Source of the DNA: Deltaproteobacteria bacterium
GTDB taxonomy: Bacteria > Myxococcota_A > UBA9160 > SZUA-336
DNA: 64,000 nt
Assembly: GCA_016875225.1 (NCBI GenBank)
Contig: VGRW01000004.1
Span: forward strand, 7,111-71,110
Direction of reading: 5' to 3'
Shown: piece after piece, positions 60,411-64,000 of the stretch
How positions within the stretch are numbered: the stretch's first letter is position 1
Layout of the letters: every line of letters begins with the position of its first letter
Position numbers and translations under genes: made by a program
The notes under the pieces: generated by a model
What the model was told of the DNA's origin: nothing
The model's input: the letters and a program-made list of their open reading frames with translations, nothing else
Databases searched by the model: none

Positions 60411-60812
60411 GTGAGCATTCGAAGGCTCGCTTCGATCGCGCTCTCGGGTCTGTTCCTCCTGGCGCTCGGAACCTGGCTTGCCGGCGAGCGGACGGAGGTC
60501 GCCGAGCTGCGCACCTTCGACGCCGCGGGCCTCCCGCACGACACCAAGCTCTGGATCGTCGACAAAGACGGCCGGCCCTGGGTGCGGATCGCCCGTCCCG
60601 GTCGCAGCTGGGGCGAGCAGCTGCGGGCGAACCCCGAAGCCGAGCTCACACGCGGGGGCGTCACCACATTGTGTCGCGCGGTGTTCGTGACCGACGAGGC
60701 CGAGCGCCGCGCGATCGACCGGGCCTTCGCCGCGAAGTACGGCTGGGTCGACGGCTGGTACGGGCTCGTGCTGCGCCGAGACGCGGTTCCCGTGCGTCTC
60801 GATCCGCGCTAG
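60411..60812 (+). CDS. membrane-anchored Ddn/DUF385-like (split-barrel, deazaflavin-dependent nitroreductase family-like) protein
   Basis: N-terminal anchor (IALSGLFLLALGTWL). The pattern ...DGRPWV...PGRSWGEQLRANPEAEL..GG........V.DEAERRAIDRAFAAKY......RRDAVPVRLDP resembles the F420H2-quinone reductase family. By pattern only. Confidence 0.45.
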   Translation: MSIRRLASIALSGLFLLALGTWLAGERTEVAELRTFDAAGLPHDTKLWIVDKDGRPWVRIARPGRSWGEQLRANPEAELTRGGVTTLCRAVFVTDEAERRAIDRAFAAKYGWVDGWYGLVLRRDAVPVRLDPR

Positions 60813-61483
60813 CGGGCCGCGGCCGGCTCGTCCGAAGCGTAGAACTCCAGCGCCTGCTCGAGCTCGCAGGTCTCGACGCCGGGCTCCTCGACCACCGCGC
60901 GCAGCCAGTCGGGCCGCTCGAGCGTGCAGATGCTGATCGGGCGTTCCAGCCCCGACAAGTGCGTGGCCTGGCGGACGAACGAGGTCGCGTAGTCGGGCGG
61001 GCGAACGTCCGAGGCCAGCTCGACGAGCGCGAACGGATCCGGCGGCGTCACGGCGTTGGGGTCCGGCATCGGGATCAGCGGCGTTCCGGGTCGCGCGCTT
61101 CCGCCCGCGAGCCCGGGTCCGTCGAGCAGGATCGCGCCGCGCACGAGCCGCGGCCGCGCTCCGGCGCAGAGCAGGGCGATGTACGCGCCGAGCCCGCGCC
61201 CCACCAGCGTGGCGTGGCCGACGCGCGCGAGCGCGGCGTCGACGTCGCCGATCAGGATCTCGCTGGTGTAGCCACCGCCGCGAGGAACGCTGGAGCGGCC
61301 GTGACCGGTGAAGTCGAGCGCGAGGATCGGACCGGGCCAGCCCTCGAGCTCCGGCGGCATCCGCGATGGCGAGCGCTCGCCCAGCCCGTGCAGCAGCAGC
61401 AGGGCGCGGCCGTCGCCCGAGCGCAGCTCGTGCAGCGCGAGCTGCACGCGATTGTGCGAGAGCAGGACCGTCGCCGAGCTCAC
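60809..61483 (-). CDS. alpha/beta-fold protein lacking the nucleophile serine (GRGLG)
   Basis: GTG at 61483 (GTGA overlap with the upstream hydrolase), in frame with the 60809..62296 ORF. LLLHGLGERS and FTGHGRS are present, but the elbow reads LVGRGLGAY instead of GxSxG. Confidence 0.65.
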   Translation of the reverse strand: MSSATVLLSHNRVQLALHELRSGDGRALLLLHGLGERSPSRMPPELEGWPGPILALDFTGHGRSSVPRGGGYTSEILIGDVDAALARVGHATLVGRGLGAYIALLCAGARPRLVRGAILLDGPGLAGGSARPGTPLIPMPDPNAVTPPDPFALVELASDVRPPDYATSFVRQATHLSGLERPISICTLERPDWLRAVVEEPGVETCELEQALEFYASDEPAAAR

Positions 61484-62388
61484 GCCAGGAACTCCAGCAC
61501 CAGGTCGGCCACGCGCCGCGGGTGCTCGATGTGCACGAAGTGGCCGCAGTCCGGGAGCGTGACGATGCGCGTGCCGCGCGGCATGTACGGCGCGAGGAAC
61601 TCGGCCGAGGTCCCCCAGCCCATCTCCTCCTCGACCGAGCCGAGGATCGCCAGGAGCGGCGCCGGGAAGCCGCGCATGCGCTCGAGCGACCAGTCGGGTC
61701 GCCACGGACCGAAGCCGCCGAAACGCATCGACGGGTCGATCTTCCAGCGCCAGCCGTCCGCGTCGCGCCGCGCTCCGATCGTGACCAGATAGCGCAGCCA
61801 GTCGTGCGAGAGACGCGGGTTCATCCGGCCGCGGCGGCGCGCCAGCTCGTCGAGCGTGCCGGGCTTGCGCGCGAGGTCGGCCGCGCGCCTGCGCCAGTCG
61901 AGCCAGCTCGAGAGCTCGCTGTCGAGAAGCTTCGTGCGCTCGCGGTCCGCGACGTCGGGATGGCGCCACTTGCCGGGCATCCCGTCCAGGTTCGCGAAGC
62001 GCGACACGCGGTTCGGCCGCGCCTCGGTGAGCTGCATGCACACGCCGCCGCCCTTGGAGTGGCCGACGATCGGCATCGGCTCGTGCCCGACCGAGTCCAT
62101 CACGAGAAGCGCGTCGCGCAGGTCGGCCTGCCAGGAGTAGAGCGCGGCGTGGTCGGAGTCTCCGTGTCCGCGGTGATCCCAGGACACGACGCGCCAGCCG
62201 CCGTCGGCCAGCAGCGGCGCGAAGCCGTCGAAGGTGCCGGCGAAGTCGAAGCCGCCGTGCGCGAGCAGAAGCGGCCTCGCGTCGGGCGCGCCCCACTCGT
62301 AGACGGCGATGCCGACGCCGTAGGCGTCGACGCGGCGCGTCCGATCCGGGCGGCGCGCGCCGGGAAAGCGGATGACCTCTTCACTCAT
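61480..62388 (-). CDS. alpha/beta hydrolase
   Basis: LLLAHGGFDFAGTF, WDHRGHGDS, nucleophile elbow IVGHSKGGG, and C-terminal GHFVHIEHP (catalytic His region). Confidence 0.85.
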   Translation of the reverse strand: MSEEVIRFPGARRPDRTRRVDAYGVGIAVYEWGAPDARPLLLAHGGFDFAGTFDGFAPLLADGGWRVVSWDHRGHGDSDHAALYSWQADLRDALLVMDSVGHEPMPIVGHSKGGGVCMQLTEARPNRVSRFANLDGMPGKWRHPDVADRERTKLLDSELSSWLDWRRRAADLARKPGTLDELARRRGRMNPRLSHDWLRYLVTIGARRDADGWRWKIDPSMRFGGFGPWRPDWSLERMRGFPAPLLAILGSVEEEMGWGTSAEFLAPYMPRGTRIVTLPDCGHFVHIEHPRRVADLVLEFLA

Positions 62389-62400
62389 CGGGGTCGCGCG

Positions 62401-63246
62401 CTAGACCGCGAAGCGCCAGGCGTCACCATCGCGGACGATCCTGCCGGCCGTCGGCGTCGCAAAGTGAGTGCCGATCACGAGATACCCGCCCGCCGACCAG
62501 CGTTCTAGCGCGGAGCGCCGCGTCGCGCGGCCGGTGTCCTGGTTCCAGTCGAAGCTCGAGGCCCACTCGGGCTTCGCGATCTGCGAGGGGTGGTGCATCA
62601 TGTCGCCGGTGATCACGGCGTCCTCGCCCACCGACGAGATGCGCACGCTGACGTGACCCGGTGTATGGCCGTGCGTCGGCTCGAGCCAGACCTCGCTCGT
62701 GAGCTTGTGGTCGGTCTCGACCAGGTCCGCGAGCCCCGCGTCGATGATCGGGCGCACCGAGTCGTCCATGATCGGCTCGTCCGGATTCACCGGCTCCTTG
62801 CCCCAGTAGTCCCATTCCTTGCGGCCGATCAGGTAGCGGGCGTTCTCGAACGTCGGAACCCAGCGGCCGCCGACGAGCATCGTGTTCCAGCCGACGTGAT
62901 CGACGTGCAGGTGCGTGCAGACGACCGTGTCCACCGACTCGCGCGGGTGTCCCGCGTCGGCGAGCTGCTGCAGGAACGGACCGCTGCGCATGTTCCAGTC
63001 CGGAATCGGGCGCTTCTTGTCGTTTCCGAGGCAGGTGTCGACCAGGATCTTCCGGCCCTGCGACTCGACGATCAGCGCGTGGATGCTCATCCGGAGCATC
63101 CCGTCCGCGGTCACGAAGTGCGGCGCGAGCCAGGGGATCTTCGCCAGGTTCTCGGGCAGCGCGTCCGGGAGCACGAACCCGCCGGGCGTCGGCAGATCCA
63201 CCTCGATCACCCGCGTCACCGTCACGTTCCCGATCTTCCAGCGCAT
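62401..63246 (-). CDS. MBL-fold metallo-hydrolase (lactonase-like)
   Basis: ATG at 63246, preceded by GAGGAGG and in frame with the 62401..63867 ORF. HxHxDH motif (THLHVDHVGW), PTHGHTPGH, GDMMHH. Confidence 0.85.
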   Translation of the reverse strand: MRWKIGNVTVTRVIEVDLPTPGGFVLPDALPENLAKIPWLAPHFVTADGMLRMSIHALIVESQGRKILVDTCLGNDKKRPIPDWNMRSGPFLQQLADAGHPRESVDTVVCTHLHVDHVGWNTMLVGGRWVPTFENARYLIGRKEWDYWGKEPVNPDEPIMDDSVRPIIDAGLADLVETDHKLTSEVWLEPTHGHTPGHVSVRISSVGEDAVITGDMMHHPSQIAKPEWASSFDWNQDTGRATRRSALERWSAGGYLVIGTHFATPTAGRIVRDGDAWRFAV

Positions 63247-63335
63247 CGCGGACCTCCTCGGCTCGAGTCGGCGCATGATAGCCCGCGTCGTAGACTGGCG
63301 TCTCTCCGCGGAGGATCGCGGTGCAGCGACGGGTG

Positions 63336-64000
63336 CTACTCCGTCGAGCTGAGCTCGCGGGGCTCCGCAGGCCGCTCGATCGGGCTGTCCTCGCGGTCGG
63401 AGAGCACGGGCCGATCGATCGAGCCCGAGGACGGACGCGCCGCGAGGATCCCCACCGCGGGCGGCGCGGCCGTGGTCCGCAGGTCGGGAAGCCACGCGAG
63501 AAGCGGAAGCGTGAGCGCCCGCGCGCCCGCGCTGATCCAGAAGAGTGTCGCGTAGCCCGCCAGGTCGATGCCCTGCGTGCCGAGCAGCCAGCCCCCCGCC
63601 GCAGCTCCACTGACCATCGCCGTGGCGCTGGCCAGGTTGAACCAGGTCAGCACGCGAGTGCGCTCCTCGGGACGGATCGCGTCGAAGAAGAGCAGGAACG
63701 TGGCGAGCTCGTGCGCGCCCCAGGCCACGCCGCTGAAGAGCTGCACCGCGAGCAGATAGTTGAAGTCGTTCGAGAAGGTCCAGAGCGCGGGCAGCGGCAC
63801 GATCGAGAGCCCCGCCAGCCGCAGCAATCGCCGCGCGCCGTGCTTCGCCGAGAAGTGACCGAGCCACGGAAGCGCCAGGATCTTCGAGACGAACGACGCC
63901 GCGATCAGCGTCATGTACCCCACGTAGGAGAGCCCGAGCGCGACCTCGCCGAGCATGTACGGCGTGAAGAACGGCGCCGCGACGTGCACGCCCGTCTGCA
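63336..64000 (-). CDS. MFS transporter, N-terminal part beyond window edge
   Basis: C-terminal half of a polytopic protein (LIAASFVSKILALPWLG..., LAVQLFSGVAWGAHELATFLLFF..., ATAMVSGAAAGGWLLG). The frame stays open to position 64000. Confidence 0.65.
   Translation of the reverse strand, partial: QTGVHVAAPFFTPYMLGEVALGLSYVGYMTLIAASFVSKILALPWLGHFSAKHGARRLLRLAGLSIVPLPALWTFSNDFNYLLAVQLFSGVAWGAHELATFLLFFDAIRPEERTRVLTWFNLASATAMVSGAAAGGWLLGTQGIDLAGYATLFWISAGARALTLPLLAWLPDLRTTAAPPAVGILAARPSSGSIDRPVLSDREDSPIERPAEPRELSSTE

Noticed and set aside
1-64000. CRISPR arrays, rRNA genes, IS elements or transposases, and toxin-antitoxin pairs
   Set aside because: I saw no spaced direct repeats, rRNA-like stretches, DDE or serine/tyrosine recombinase motifs, or small paired ORFs in any frame.

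Overview
This is a very GC-rich, gene-dense bacterial chromosomal segment. I support about 60 protein-coding genes and one tRNA-Glu, with almost no non-coding DNA. I saw no rRNA, CRISPR array, transposase or integrase. No database search was possible, so every call rests on motifs I could read in the ORF-track translations or in my own translations, plus frame arithmetic for revised starts. Most of the long Arg/Ala/Pro-rich ORFs in the track are out-of-frame or antisense shadows of real genes, which is typical of high-GC DNA.

Gene content, left to right:
- TVP38-family membrane protein and a methyltransferase
- excisionase-type HTH protein
- Ser/Thr kinase
- Dus and a PIG-L deacetylase
- ArnT-like GT39 glycosyltransferase
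- PHP-like membrane protein, an XPD/DinG-like Fe-S helicase and two acyl-CoA dehydrogenases, all on one strand
- mlaF-E-D-A-C operon
- asparagine synthase
- lytic transglycosylase
- SWIM-SNF2 helicase
- COG0523 GTPase plus a Ski2-like/DUF3516 helicase
- an iron-themed operon (Grx fusion, bolA, hemH, nth)
- tRNA-Glu
- glycine-rich RRM protein
- GST
- mrpABCDEFG followed by a LanC-like gene
- HugZ-like protein and a sulfatase
- an LLM - DUF3604 - DUF1329 - PpiC - HupE operon
- a lipid/CoA-ester neighbourhood (MOSC, LLM, two crotonases, LolA-like protein, MMPL/RND exporter)
- a ferritin-like trio
- SDR, nitroreductase, two methyltransferases, MATE, crcB and a Ddn-like protein
- two alpha/beta hydrolases, an MBL-fold hydrolase and an MFS transporter

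Best candidates for something undescribed:
1. A three-gene unit at 52840-55524. It encodes a small SCP2-like protein and two tandem ferritin-like paralogs. One paralog keeps a complete E/ExxH/E/ExxH diiron ligand set and the other has lost all six ligands. This resembles the PaaB/PaaC/PaaA arrangement.
2. A monothiol glutaredoxin - cysteine-less A-type-carrier - rhodanese tri-domain fusion. It heads an operon with bolA, a Cys-insert ferrochelatase and an endonuclease III that has only three cluster cysteines.
3. A translationally coupled operon, LLM - DUF3604 - DUF1329 - PpiC - HupE, whose four downstream products look envelope-targeted.
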